From Candidatus Latescibacterota bacterium (GTDB lineage Bacteria > Latescibacterota > UBA2968 > UBA8231), in contig OZ242005.1 in NCBI GenBank assembly GCA_965204725.1, forward strand, positions 1,376,001 to 1,440,000: 64,000 nucleotides of DNA, read 5' to 3'. Positions 63,833 to 64,000 of the stretch are shown here, in pieces. A program made the position numbers and the translations under genes. The first letter of the stretch is position 1; each line of letters starts with the position of its first letter. The notes under the pieces are model-generated. The model was not told where the DNA came from, made no database searches, and saw only the letters and a list, made by a program, of their open reading frames with translations.

Positions 63833-64000
63833 GGTGGCTATGGCAGGCTTTGAACTCCCAGCTGACCGCGCTCGCAGAAGGGGTACGCGCGGCCGTTTTT
63901 GGCTCTGGAGACACAAATGCGGGAAGAAGTAGGGACGCCTAGGGCGAAACGACTGCGGGTCAAGGGTCGCTCGTGCTGGATCGGGGACGGATATTGAGCA

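Noticed and set aside
63833-64000. Metal-sensing riboswitch upstream of the ZIP transporter
   Set aside because: No yybP-ykoY, NiCo or cobalamin consensus recognised; region cut by the window edge

Overview
High-GC bacterial chromosomal window, densely coding, about 55 genes. No rRNA, tRNA, CRISPR array, integrase or transposase was seen. A T9SS-type C-terminal sorting domain and a TonB-dependent receptor suggest a diderm FCB-group lineage (inference only). The housekeeping and metabolic backbone includes an odd murG-HEAT/mraY pair, recG, aspartokinase, qor, an S1 protein, trpBA, glgC, ispG, a sugar-acid catabolic operon, surface-polysaccharide genes, a fused indolepyruvate oxidoreductase, Gfo/Idh/MocA genes and a ZIP transporter. 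A ~16 kb phosphate island (23.5-39.3 kb) holds a TonB receptor plus a secreted protein, divergent from porin-pstSCAB-phoU-phoBR-cytochrome c-hupE. I found four arrays of 11-bp-periodic PHO-box-like repeats in it. Small defence or toxin cassettes sit between or inside operons: RmuC plus a Ppl-like PHP-ATPase coupled to a Schlafen/AlbA_2 protein, DUF262+HEPN, an SfiI-like R-M pair inside a catabolic operon, DUF4160/DUF2442, a decayed double PIN locus, and a PIN-like domain fused to an antitoxin upstream of MazF. Best candidates for something undescribed: the Ppl+Schlafen pair, the PIN-antitoxin fusion with MazF, the MurG-HEAT/divergent MraY module, and the PHO-box-controlled TonB receptor plus T9SS cargo. 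All family calls come from reading motifs, not database searches.
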